NCBI GenBank assembly: GCA_965603825.1
Contig: CBFDEM010000056.1
Location: forward strand, 434,001-498,000
Direction: 5' to 3'
From: Blepharisma stoltei ATCC 30299
Lineage: Eukaryota; Protista; Ciliophora
Length of the DNA: 64,000 nucleotides
Position 1 is the stretch's first letter. Each line of letters begins with the position of its first letter. Below the pieces are notes generated by a model, which saw nothing but the letters and a program-made list of their open reading frames with translations, was not told the origin of the DNA and did not search any database. The position numbers were made by a program, and so were the translations under genes. This document shows positions 34,747-46,339 of this stretch, piece by piece.

Positions 34747-37077
34747 TTACTCGTTTTTTCTAAGCCTTGATCTCAGTCTAGTTTGAGGAGCATTTTGCTG
34801 TTTGTACTTACACTCATCGCAGTACCAGTCTTCTTTTGGCACTTTTTTGAGTCCTATGCATTTAGGATGCACAACTTTTGGGCAGGTTTCACAGCAAATT
34901 AATTTTCCACCATCATCGCAAAAATAGCAGTTATCTTCATGCTTTAAATCATCGTCCGAAGAAGAAGAAGAGGAAGAACTGCTGCTGATCTCAATCGGGA
35001 TCTTTTTTACTTCGGATCTTAGAACTCTTTTTTCTTCTTCCCTGACCTTTTTCTTTGGCTCATTTTCATGTTTACCTGATTCATTCTTCTTAGCCATGTA
35101 TTGATTCAAAACTTCTTGATAAATTCCTATTACAAGAGCTAGTTGCCCAAAAGTAGTAATAGATTGGGTTAGGTTTTCCCATAATTGACAGTAATCTCCA
35201 AGATCTTGCCATATTTTAATACTCACTTTACGATACTTTTGAGTATATACACGTTCTTCATCAGAGTCTCCGCTTTGATCGCTTGAAGATGCCAGCTTTA
35301 AAGGTGAAGCAGATTTCTGAGAATGTTCAAGAAGTAGATTTGCCAAGGCCGATGGCTCTTCTGCCTTCATCACTTCCCGCTTCCAGTCCTCAGTTCTTTC
35401 ATACCCTTCCCATAATTTATTTCCTTTTTTCAGGTATTTTGTAAACTTTTTTTCAATTTTCAAGAGCATATCTCGGAAGGCATCAATTGTGGATTCCCCA
35501 TCTTTAAATGAGCTTTCTTTATTCACATAAATTTCAATTCCTCCTTTAGATCCATGACTTGACTCATCAATCTGCATTTCACTTGATGTTGATGAATCGT
35601 CTCCAGGTAGAAGTTTAAGTCTGTCTTTGGCCCATTTGATTCCTTCAATTAATTTATTTTCTCTGATGCCCTTGGGACATAGAGCTTGAAGCAGCAAGTC
35701 AAGGCTGCTGAAACGGGTAAAAGCATACCAGACTCCTGATTCATCAGTTTTCTCTGGAGGATGCTGAGCTATTGGACTATTCATCCTAACGTATAATTTT
35801 TTGAGGTCCCATTTGAAAAAGTAGTACTCATTATAATCTCTGTCCAAGCCAATTGGGGACGTTCTAAGATGAATTGTTTCAAGCTTCTTATTTATTTCTT
35901 CAATTTTATTTTGCTTCTTTTGTATCTTTTCAGTCATGCTTGATGCTTTTCTTGTGGCTGCAAGGCCTTTGATTTCTGGGAGCTTTAACTCAATCTCTTT
36001 AATTTCCAAATTCAATTTGGCTTTTTCTTTGGCTAAGTCTCCTTTTTCTTCCAATCTTCTTGAAAGCTCATCATGCAATTCTTTTACATCAAATAAGCAA
36101 TTGATCAACAAAATTAAAATTCCTAGTCGCATTTTGAAACTACAACTAAAATAATTCAGCTCTAGATATGACTCGTCTTTTTTCAAAACTATTGAATCTT
36201 CGGCATAGTCTTTGAATATTGGGAGTTGGATTATCTCATCCAAGAGAGTAAGCCAAGAATAAGGCAAAAATTCTGTAATCTCAAAAAGTTCTGATAGCTG
36301 TGCAGCTGAATATAAAAATTTGCTGTCTTCATTTAAAACTTCATAAGCATTTTCTCTTGACAAAACATGCCCAATAAGAAGCTTAATAAGAGCCATATGC
36401 AGCTCTTTAATAAGCGCTGTCTCCACAGTCGCATTCAACGCATAATAAAGCTGCTCTATAGTAAACGGAGACACTTTCATCATTTTCCCAAAATTGTAAA
36501 AAAAATCAACTACGAAAAACAAGTCTCCGATGTCCTCTGAAGGAAAACTCAAAGGGTTAGGCAGCGGAAGCGGCACTGGCACAGGAGCTTGAGAAAGTTC
36601 ACATTCTTTTAGAATTAGTTCATCGGCAATTGGATACTGTATTTTCCCTTGTTTAACATATTCAGGATACTTCTTCTCAAATCATCTCACTGTTATATCT
36701 TTTTGCTCATCATTCACTTTTCCCGCAAAATGCTTTATTTTTGATTCTTTATGATGCCTCTCACTTTTTTCCAATTTCAGGTAATCATCTTTGAGCCTCT
36801 TCTCCACGTATTGGACGCAATACTGACAAAACCAAGTCCCTGCTGGAATATCTGACTCCAGCATATTGGCGCAATGCAAGTGATAAGACCTCGAGCAATG
36901 CCCGCACATCATCAAACTTCCACTATCTTTACATACTTTGCAGTAAGGATTATTTCCTTCTTTGAAGCAAGAAATCCCTACAGCTTTGAGCTTGGCATCT
37001 ATGAGTCCTTTATTGTTTCGTTTTGCAATTGATTGTTTTTGAGCTGGTTCGCATTTCTTTTCAAGGTTTTTTACCAT
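34747..37077 (-). CDS. PHD-DDT-WHIM-PHD chromatin protein (BAZ/ACF1-like ISWI partner)
   Basis: Two C4HC3 PHD fingers; DDT GDLFFVVDFFYNFG; PIGLDRDYNEYY; L.PKGIRENKL; one TGA=W at 36682. Confidence 0.88.
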
Positions 37078-37395
37078 AATTCCAACTTCTGACTATCAAG
37101 ATAAATTATGGCCTCTCAATGGAACTTCAAAGTTAACACGAATTAAAATGTCAATTAAATATAATTTGAACAGAATGCTAAAAATGGAGATATAGATACT
37201 TATGTCTCCTTTCATATTTTTTGCTTTTTTCATTTTTTTGGCTATTTCATTTTGTTCCTGCTCATTTGGATCCGCTATTATTGATTTTAGCAATAAATGC
37301 GTATGTAGCATAAATGCTAGGTGATGGAGAAAATGCGAAGAGGAGCGTGCAATTTAAGGGTTTAATTGAAGAATTATTTAAATTAGTTCTTTGGT

Positions 37396-38823
37396 CTATA
37401 ATGATTTCTTGAAGAATATGAGACATAGAGGAATCTTTACCAAAATTTCAAGCCAAGTCAAGTAAACGGCCCAATGCTTCATACTGGAGTCGGGGTCTTC
37501 AGATGACGGCCAATGGGAGTGTGTCCAGAGCCACATTAAATCGAAAAATTCTGATGCAGCCACTGCAATTCCCAGCTTTCTATATCTATCTGAACTTTCT
37601 TCAAAAACTAGCCAATAATAAGCAGCTGCAAGTCCAATCGTTAAATTCAAAAAATCAGGCCTAATAAATGAAACCCATATACTTATAAGCAAATAGATAG
37701 AAACTGCTATGATTACTGCATGACTTTGCTCTGCAATTTTCCCTATCAGCCCGCCAGTTATTTTATCTACCTGTTCTGTAACTTTTCCTCCAATTACTGC
37801 TTCAATATTTGGAGATTGTGGTCTGCTTTCGCCTGGAGACATGATTCAGTCATTCGCATTCAGTAAATTTCCAAAGGGCTTTCTAAGTTTTTCAAGTTGC
37901 TCTTCAAGACTTGCTATTTCTTCCTTATCCATGGCAATATGCTCAGTCCATTGATTTACTAAGTCTTCTAGATACCTCGCTTTGCTCCAAATTCACTGAA
38001 GTCCTAAATGCACCCTTCCCTGCCATTTGTCTTTTGGGTTTTTATCATGAAGCTGGAAAAATTGGTCGTGCTTCATCTGATCCTTTAGCAAACTTAATGG
38101 AATTGTAACTTCTCCTTCAAAGTCATCTTTACCAATAGTATCGTGATCCATAACGGTGATTTTGAGCTCAGAATCAGGCCGCTGGATATTAAATGTAAAC
38201 TCTTCGTCCCACTTAGGGTTCAGTTCTGCTTCAATGTATCTTGTCTGTGCTGACGACCCATCGCATTCTAAAATCACATAAGGGTCTGATGCTCCGTTAG
38301 TGTCCATTGGTATTAGATCTTGCCCAGCTATCACATTTACAGTAAGAATACTTCCTATCATAATTCCATGCTGGTTCATCTGCTCAACTGCCCTTGCTTG
38401 GACCATCTTTTTCTTGCATTCTTCCATTTGCTTAGCTTTATCCTGGATTTGCTTTTTCAATTCTTTGATCCTCTTCATAATAATATCCTCAGCATCTACA
38501 TAGGACCATAAAAATTCTTGGGTTGTGACAATTGAGTCATTATTTTTGTCCATTTTGGCAAACAGTTCGTAGCATAAGTTTTCATCAAAATCAGAGCCTT
38601 GCCGCTTGGATAAAAATTCAAAAATTTCGTTGAAGGTTAGCTGCTTGTCACCGTCTTTATCAATTTCGTTAAATTCATGCATTAATTGTTGGTATCGATC
38701 TTGCATTAGTCCAGTGATAGGAGAAGTCCCAACTGATAACCTTACTCTTCCAATTGAAGAGTTTGCGAGAGGAGCGATTGTATTGAATACAGATTTTGGA
38801 ACTCCTAATGCAGGCCCACTCAT
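37396..38823 (-). CDS. EF-hand + C2 domain protein with C-terminal multi-TM region
   Basis: DKDGDK and DKNNDS EF loops; C2 DTNGASDPYV...LNPKWDEEF...DHDTIGKDDF; two TGA=W join ORF 37396. Confidence 0.85.
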
Positions 38824-39080
38824 ATGCTATTGATTATTAATATAAGTTGATTAGTAGCAAGAGATTAATTCAAATATTTTGTTGGAATGGAAATTGCAGT
38901 GGAGTAAAAGGCTCATTAAATATTTTGAAAATTGAGTGAAGCTGGATCTAGTAATCGTAAATTGAAAATAATTGCCTACTTTTAGACTAAGGAAAAAGCT
39001 ATTAAACTTATTTAAATCAGTTAGTGAATGAAATATTCTAAGTATTTAATCCTCTTAAGAAAAGATGTTTGTAATGCAAT

Positions 39081-39867
39081 ATGAGTGAACTTGATCCAAG
39101 GCCAGCTATTTATAGAGAAACTGTAAATTTAACCTTAGCTCATAAAATTGTATTTGTTGAAAGGACTTTCGCCACCTCAGAAAAGTATGTTGGAAAGAAT
39201 GCAAAATCTTCTTAGCAAAAATGACACCCATAAAGTGCTCAAGGAAGGTCAGTCAAATCATAATCAATATTTGACCAAGGGCTACCAGCAAGATATTCCA
39301 AATTGCCAAATCTCTAATGAATCAGAGAATGGAAACAGCCCAAATGAAAATCAATGTTTATTGGAAGAATCAAAAGAAGGCTTCGAGCAAAAATGTAATT
39401 ATCCTCAAATGAATATCAAATTGGCAGATAAAGAGGCTGAAAAAATGAATAGCACAGATGAAGCGCCAAACACAGCAGAAACTGATATTGAAATTGAAGA
39501 AGCAAAAGATAACAAAAAAATTCAGAAAAATACAGAGAACCGAAAATGCTTTCAATGCTGTGAAGCTTTTAATCAAAACCACGAATGCAAGTTCAGGCTT
39601 TGTGATAATTGTAATCAGCCTGGACACTTTTTTAGAAATTGTCCTTGGAAATCAATTTCAAAATCCACCTATGATGGCACTCTATGCAGTCTTTGCCAGA
39701 CAAGGGGGCATAAAGCTGCAAATTGCATCAAAAGGTCTTATCCTCTCTCAAAATCCAGTGAATTTAGTAATGCAAGATGTTATGTATGCAAGAAAGTTGG
39801 CCATCTAAACTGTACGGTAGAAGATGTCGCCAGCTCTTCAGAGTCAGACTCATCAAGTGATGGATAA
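39081..39867 (+). CDS. CCHC zinc-knuckle protein (AIR1/2-ZCCHC7-like)
   Basis: CDNCNQPGHFFRNC, CSLCQTRGHKAANC, CYVCKKVGHLNC; ATG 39081 joined by a 16-nt intron. Confidence 0.8.
39123..39138 (+). other. 16-nt intron
   Basis: GTAAATTTAACCTTAG; puts ATG 39081 in frame with ORF 39148. Confidence 0.75.
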
Positions 39868-39924
39868 GTGAAAAGTTTAAAGCGTTGATTGGTACTTAAG
39901 AATAATTAAATAATTATAAATAAA

Positions 39925-41703
39925 ATGCTACAGGAGCAAGAGTGTAGGTATGGAGCAATGTGTATGAGGCCAGATTGCAAATATAAGCACAATATCAAGA
40001 AAATTAATATTCCTTGTATTCATTTCAACAATAAAGGATGCTATAAAGGAGATAAATGCCCTTACCTTCACATTATGAAGCCAAATCCTTTGAGTACTCA
40101 AGTTCCTGAAGAAACACATAACGAGCCTAAAAACGATGCTGAAGGAGAACTGCAAGCCCCGAAATCTCCTATAGTTAATCCTCCACAATCTCCAACTCCA
40201 AAAAGCCCAATGAAGTCCATTACTCCTCCCCGATCTCCAATAATTGAGTCAAAGCCACAGCAAGTTGAGCAACCTGAAATCCCCCAAATGAACTTAGAAA
40301 GTAAATCAGAAGAAGCAAAAGTGGTTAAAGAAACTTTAAACAAAAAACCTCAAATTCCAGCTAAAACAGCGAGCCAACAGCCTGCTAATAAGAAAAACGC
40401 AGAAAAGAAGAAAAAAGCACCCCAAAAGCCTCCAGAAAAGAAGCCAGAAAATATACCCCTTCCTACTACAAAGAAAACAGAGCCTCAAGGGTTCAAAGTT
40501 CCAGTAAAATCAATCGACCAAATAAAGAAAGAGAAAGAAATGAAACTTAAGCAACGCCAAGAAGAATTAAAAGGTGAAAACTCGGCTCCTGAAAAAGAAG
40601 TGGCCATCATTACAAGTCCAGTTGAAGAACTCCCTCAGAAAAGAAAAATAATTGATAATAGCGACAAAGGTGTCAAAAAAGTCAAAGGGAATGAAGCACC
40701 TCCTGAGCTTGAAGAAGGCGAAGAGCCTGGAAATCAAGAAAATCAGCCTATGGATTTGGAAGAAAATGTGGAAAAAGAGATAGGGGAAATTAGAGAAGAA
40801 AAAACTCAGGAATCAGTTGATATTTATTTTGATCTCCCTTCAATTGATACATCAGTGAATGTCCAAGATATGAGCACTCACAAAGCATCACAAGACTTTT
40901 CAGAACTGGTTTTTCCTCAAATTCATTCAGAAGGCTCAATTGACCAAGAAGAACCTCCTAAAGTAATTGATAGTCTGATTTTGCCTCAAATTCCTTCTGT
41001 AATACACACAGAAGCTAAAGAAAAGTCTGTCCCTGGCACTTCTATTTTAAGAAAATCATCAGAACCTGAACCCAGATTAGTCTCTGAAGAACGACCTATA
41101 AAAGCAGTTTTTTCTCCAACTACTGAAGAAAAAGCAAAAGCACCAGAAGAAAAGTCAAAAACTATTCTCTTAAAATCAAAAGATGATAACAAAGCTCAAA
41201 AACCTGCAAAGCCTGTAGAGGGCACAGCAAGAATTCTGACGCTTGAAGAAATCAAAGCAAAGAAAGAAGCAATGAAAAAGGATGCGACACCTACTTTGCC
41301 TCCTCCAGCTAAAGATAAATCTGAGGAAAAGGAAAAAATTGAGATTCCTGCCAAAAGACAGCCAGCGCAAAAAGCCGAGATCCCAATGCCAAAGAAAAAG
41401 GTTAAGGCGCCAATAGTGAGCTATGAGGAATGGAAGCCTTTTAGCCAAGCCTTTCTTTCTTTGAATCTAAATGAGTGGCCTGGTGAAGTGCTCACCTCTC
41501 AAGATATCGAAGAGAGAAAGCAGCTTGCTGCCAAGCTAAGTACGCCAGAAGGTCTAACTGAAATAATAGAAGATCTGGAGTCAAAAATCTCAAAAATTGA
41601 AATTGAGAAAGGCCCGATCACAGTTGACCCAGAGTTCGAATCACTATCTCTGATTGAAAAAATCGATGACCTCTATCAAAAGTTTAAACTAGCTGTTAAG
41701 TAA
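39925..41703 (+). CDS. CCCH zinc-finger protein with long Pro/Lys/Glu-rich region (ZC3H11-like)
   Basis: CRYGAMCMRPDCKYKH, CIHFNNKGCYKGDKCPYLH; VKSIDQIK and ILTLEEIK motifs. Confidence 0.8.
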   Translation: MLQEQECRYGAMCMRPDCKYKHNIKKINIPCIHFNNKGCYKGDKCPYLHIMKPNPLSTQVPEETHNEPKNDAEGELQAPKSPIVNPPQSPTPKSPMKSITPPRSPIIESKPQQVEQPEIPQMNLESKSEEAKVVKETLNKKPQIPAKTASQQPANKKNAEKKKKAPQKPPEKKPENIPLPTTKKTEPQGFKVPVKSIDQIKKEKEMKLKQRQEELKGENSAPEKEVAIITSPVEELPQKRKIIDNSDKGVKKVKGNEAPPELEEGEEPGNQENQPMDLEENVEKEIGEIREEKTQESVDIYFDLPSIDTSVNVQDMSTHKASQDFSELVFPQIHSEGSIDQEEPPKVIDSLILPQIPSVIHTEAKEKSVPGTSILRKSSEPEPRLVSEERPIKAVFSPTTEEKAKAPEEKSKTILLKSKDDNKAQKPAKPVEGTARILTLEEIKAKKEAMKKDATPTLPPPAKDKSEEKEKIEIPAKRQPAQKAEIPMPKKKVKAPIVSYEEWKPFSQAFLSLNLNEWPGEVLTSQDIEERKQLAAKLSTPEGLTEIIEDLESKISKIEIEKGPITVDPEFESLSLIEKIDDLYQKFKLAVK

Positions 41704-41716
41704 TATTAATAAGGTT

Positions 41717-42463
41717 TTATTTAGGCCCTACCAAATTATACTTCCTGCAGTTGAATACGTTATTGTCCTCATATTCTCTGAATTTGTCTGCTGGGAAAAG
41801 GAATTTCGTAATGCTTTTTCCTTTCTTCATCTTTTCGTCTTTCTGGACAAGTCTGTACCTATATTTCACATCATCAAACTTGTTTTTAAATTCGTTCTGA
41901 ACGAGATACCAATCATGCTCAAATATTGCTCTTGCATCATCAATATCGCACTCAAATAAGATGTTTGGGAAAATATGATTGATCCTTACCTGCAAGAAGA
42001 ATGCATCAGTCAGCTCACAGTAAGAAACCCTATATTGGTTTCTAGATGCTTTGTAGAGTTCTGTAAATTTTTTTTGTGCTGCAAGGGCTTCTGCATGTGC
42101 TTGCTCTTCTCCGCCATACTCACTTCATTTAAAAGTAAGATGGATTGGTGGGTTGTATTCCAGTTTGTAAATGTCCACATTGTATTTTTTAGCGATAAAT
42201 TTGTAGGCTTGGTTTTCTTTTTCTTCTACTATTTTTCCGATAGGGAATCCACCTATCCAAGGCTTTTGAATCATAGGATTGAGCCGGAGATACAGTTGAG
42301 ATCTCGATTTGGGCCTTTCTGGATACATGTCTTCTGTCACCTCAATTTTTTGTTTGTAAAGAGCAGGGACGTTGACTGTGTGTGGGAGCTTGTGATCAGA
42401 AATAGCATCTAGCACAGGGATTAGGAACCTTTCAGGAAGCTTAAATGGAGTATTCAAAAGCAT
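41717..42463 (-). CDS. Hypothetical protein (248 aa)
   Basis: ORFs 42125 and 41717 joined by one TGA=W; ends TAA. Confidence 0.75.
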
Positions 42464-42757
42464 TTTTATTATATTTCTAAATCTTACAATACATTTAATT
42501 TACAGCTTAATTCTTTATTGCAATGCTGCTTAATTTCTTGGATTTCTTTTTTAAAAAAATCTAAATTATATGGTTTTCATATCTAATGCTTCTTAGCAAA
42601 ACAGCTATCTAGTTCAGTCGAAATAGGTCTAAATTTTATAGAAATTTGTTTGGATTTTGATTTTAGTTTTGAAATTGAGATTTATTAACCTCAGGTGACA
42701 TATTTATGACGTTGAATCATAAGGGCATAATCATGGTTATAATCAGATCATATCACA

Positions 42758-44122
42758 ATGGTAAATCATAATTAGAAGCTGTGGTTCCCTAAAGGTCATT
42801 TCAGAGGAAACAAGGTTTTATTAACCGCTGAACTTAGCGGATTTGGAGTAGAAGTCCCAGAATTCAGCTTAAAAGACTTAAAATCTAAAGAATTCCTGGC
42901 AAAGTCACCATTCAAGGCAGTTCCTGTTCTTGAAATCGATAGCGCGACTTATTTAACAGACTCTAACGCCATCATGATTTATATTTGCCAGACCACCCAA
43001 TCTGCCTTATATTCAGGCTCCCCAGAAATTTTGGCAGAGATCGATTCATGGCTAGAAATCATTCAAACCCAAATTGAGCCAGCCTTGTGCAACTGGGTTT
43101 ACCCTTATTTTGGATTGGCACCTATCGATCAACAACTTATCGATAAATCAGCTAGAGAAGCAACCAAACACTTAAAAGCCATCGATAAGCTGCTTAAGCG
43201 ACACAAGTATCTTTGTGGTGACGAACTTAGCATTGCTGATATATCTCTAGTTTCTGCCCTTGTTTACCCATTTAGAGCAGTAATCGATGAAAACCAACGC
43301 AAAAGCATCAAATCTGTGGTAGAATTGTTTACAAAAGTTTCTGAGCTCCCACACTTTAAAGCAGTTTGGGGGAACGCCAAGCTCTGTAAGACTCAGCTTC
43401 AACTGCAAGAAGCTAAAGCAAAGAAACCTCAAGCTGAAAAGAAAAAGCAAGAGCCAAAGAAAGAAGCACAACCAAAGAAGGAAGCACAGCCAAAGCCAAA
43501 GGCTGAAGCAAAACCGAAAGCAGAACAAAAGCCAAAGGAAGAAAAGAAAAAGGAGGAGGTTAAAAAGGAAGTCATTGACGAAGAAAGTGAGCCAAAACCA
43601 AAAGCAAAGAACCCTCTAGATCTTCTTCCAGATTCTCCTTTTATACTCGATTCATTCAAGAAACTATACTCCAACACAAAGGATAGAAGAAGTGTGATGG
43701 AAGAATTTTGGCGTACTTATGACAAAAATGGTTGGAGTCTTTGGTGGCTACGATATCAGAAGCTAGAAGGAGAATGCGAAAAAATTTACATCACTTGCAA
43801 CACTGTTGACGGATTTTTGCAGAGAATGGAAGCTTTGCGCAGATATTGTTTCGGAACTTTCGGAGTCTATGGAGATGAGCCGAACTTAGAAGTCATGGGC
43901 GTGTTTATGTGGAGAGGTAAAGGAATCCCACAAGAAGTAAAAATTATTTAGATGATTGATCACCCAAGCTTTGAGTATCATGACAGGCTTGAATTGGACC
44001 CTGAAAATCCTGAACACAGACAAAGAGTGGAAGATTTCTGGTGTAACCTGTAAGATTTATGTAGAACTGAAGATTTGAAAGTTGATGGTTTAACACCTAG
44101 AGAAGTCAGAGCTTTTAAATAA
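42758..44122 (+). CDS. EEF1G: Elongation factor 1B-gamma
   Basis: GST-like N-domain (VPVLE...LTDSNAI), KPKAKNPLDLLP...FKKLYSN, FMWRG; three 15-nt introns; ends RAFK-TAA. Confidence 0.95.
42761..42775 (+). other. 15-nt intron directly after the start codon
   Basis: ATG|GTAAATCATAATTAG|AAG CTG TGG. Confidence 0.85.
43937..43951 (+). other. 15-nt intron
   Basis: GTAAAAATTATTTAG; removal gives IPQEMIDHPSFEY. Confidence 0.9.
44050..44064 (+). other. 15-nt intron
   Basis: GTAAGATTTATGTAG; removes an in-frame TAA. Confidence 0.9.
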
Positions 44123-44338
44123 GAATAAAGTTAATTCTTCGAGTTCTAAATAATACTCTTTACAATTTATGCAGAGTTTTAACATTTAAAAGACTAAGGC
44201 AAACCTCATAGAGGAGAGGCTCTGGCTTTATAATGGTTGCTTGTCTAATATCCAGCCTGAGTCCCGCAAAATGACTATGAGATATCTTATGCTTATTAAT
44301 GGGAGAGTGCAAAAAAACTTAAATCTGTAGATTCCAAA

Positions 44339-46264
44339 CTAATTGATTATACTATTGATCATTTCAACGAGGCTATTAAGAAATGGAACTTGGGATACTA
44401 ACTTCTTTAGCTTTACCGAGTACAACGCGATCTGTGCTGGGTAATATGAGTCTCGCTCATATTGCCCATTTTTGGATTTTTTGATGATTTCATCATATAT
44501 CTCTTCAGCCTTTGTTTCATTTCTCTCAACTCCAATTCCAAACTCATGCATATATCCTCTTGAAAAAATGGCTTCAGGTATGGTTTTCGCATCTGAATAG
44601 TACTTGAAGGCCTCTGCATAGTCTGACTCATCCCTGCTATTATAGTAAAGCCTATCTCCTAACTTATAAAACGCCCACTCAGATTGATGCATTTGAGCAG
44701 CCTTTGCATAGTAGCTCATCGCGCAATAATCTCTATCGTATTTGCACTTAAAGTTGACCATTCCTTTTTCCCACATATAGCCGACGCTGAGCTGAGCATT
44801 TTCAAACCCAAGAGCCGCCCCTAACATGTAAGACAAATAAGCTCCTTCTATGTCCCCATTGCGATAAAATGAATATGCGTTTAATATAATTTTTGCCAGA
44901 TCTCCTCTTTCAATAACCTTCTCAAATAAGTCTAAAGCCATTCTACAATTTTTTTTGGTTCCAAGTCCTTTGAATTCCATTAGTCCTAAATTGAAGACTG
45001 ATGGTGCATGCCAAATTGCTGATCCTGCTGAAAACATTTGAGCCGCCTTAAAATAGTCTTGATTGATTCCATCTCCTTTGGCATAAAGCACTCCTAAATT
45101 ATTCATCGCTTCAGGGTTACCTTTTTCAGCTGCCGTCATTATATAGTCTAGAGCTTTTTCTCTGTCAGCTGGCACACCATCTCCATTGAAATATAAGTAT
45201 CCAAGGGCGCTATAAGCTTGAGAAGAACCTAGTGCTTTTGCTTTTTCAAGGTAACCCCAGCCTGTTTCTATATCTTTTTCAGTATGGATTCCTTGAGAAT
45301 AAATAATACCTAGTACATCATATGCATCCACGTTACCTGAAAAAGCTGCAGTGCGGTAGAGCTCAATGGCTTTTTCATAGTCTTTTTCAATTCCAATTTG
45401 AGGATTCCCAAACATATAATTTTCAGCTAGATTTAGATACCCGCGCGAGTGTTCTGATTCCTTTATACTGATTGTTGCCAAAAGTAATGCTTTCTCAGTT
45501 TCTTCACCATACATATTTTTAAGCTCAAGATCCAGCCTTCCCATAGTCAGTTCTTCTCTTCCATTTTCTTTGATATATTCAAGAGCTTCTTCAGCAGCAT
45601 CCATAGCATAGATTCCGTAATCTTCGCAGCTTCCTCCACAATCAATTTTGTTGAACAGAGGAGCTGAATAGAATGGGTGAGAGATATTTGAGTTTAATAA
45701 GCTTGGAGTAGTGATTTCATATGAACTTATACATTGTTTATAAGCAGATAGCAATGATTTCTGTATAAGATAAGAATCTCTTAATAAGCCTGCAGTATAA
45801 AGGCTATCTATCATTGAAGGGACATCTTGAACTTCTGTGAAAAACTCATCAAAGTCAGAAATCAACAAAGTCTGCTGCAATAAGAAGGCAAGATAAAACG
45901 CTGAATCTGCGTCTCCGAGTAAAAAAGCTTTTTGAAAATAATCTATTGCTTTGCTAACATTCCTATTAAATATCCCTTTTTCATCAACAAATTTGTCACG
46001 GCTTGGATTTTCAGGAGCAATTGGAAGTCCAAATAGTCAAATTTCTCCGAGTTCTCTTAAAGCATCTGGATTACTATTGTTTGCAGAATATTCAAGAAAA
46101 TAAATTAAAAGAGACAGATCTGTTGTCTGAGGAGAGTAGTCATACAAAATATCTTCAGCTGCTTGATAAGATAATTCTGATATTTCAGGTGCATTCACAT
46201 CATCAAGGTTTAAATTTAAGCCAGAAGTGGCTAATAAGTTTCCAAGGATTAATGAAAAAAACAT
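44339..46264 (-). CDS. SEL1-repeat protein (Hrd3/SEL1L-like)
   Basis: Signal-peptide-like start; many Sel1 repeats (AMNNLGVLYAKGDG); one TGA=W joins ORF 46037. Confidence 0.85.
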
Positions 46265-46339
46265 TTATTAATACGTGTTTATTTCAAGATAGAGGAATTT
46301 ATATTGTTAAATAGTTATATTGTAATTTACATTAAATTT

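Noticed and set aside
37096-37311. Minus-strand ORF in frame with the PHD/DDT gene as a 5' extension
   Set aside because: Its TGA is followed immediately by TAG, and there is no GT donor positioned to remove it
42696-42706. TGACATATTTA upstream of both eEF1B-gamma and ECH2 (57831-57841)
   Set aside because: Only two copies of an AT-rich 11-mer at different distances from the ATG; compatible with chance
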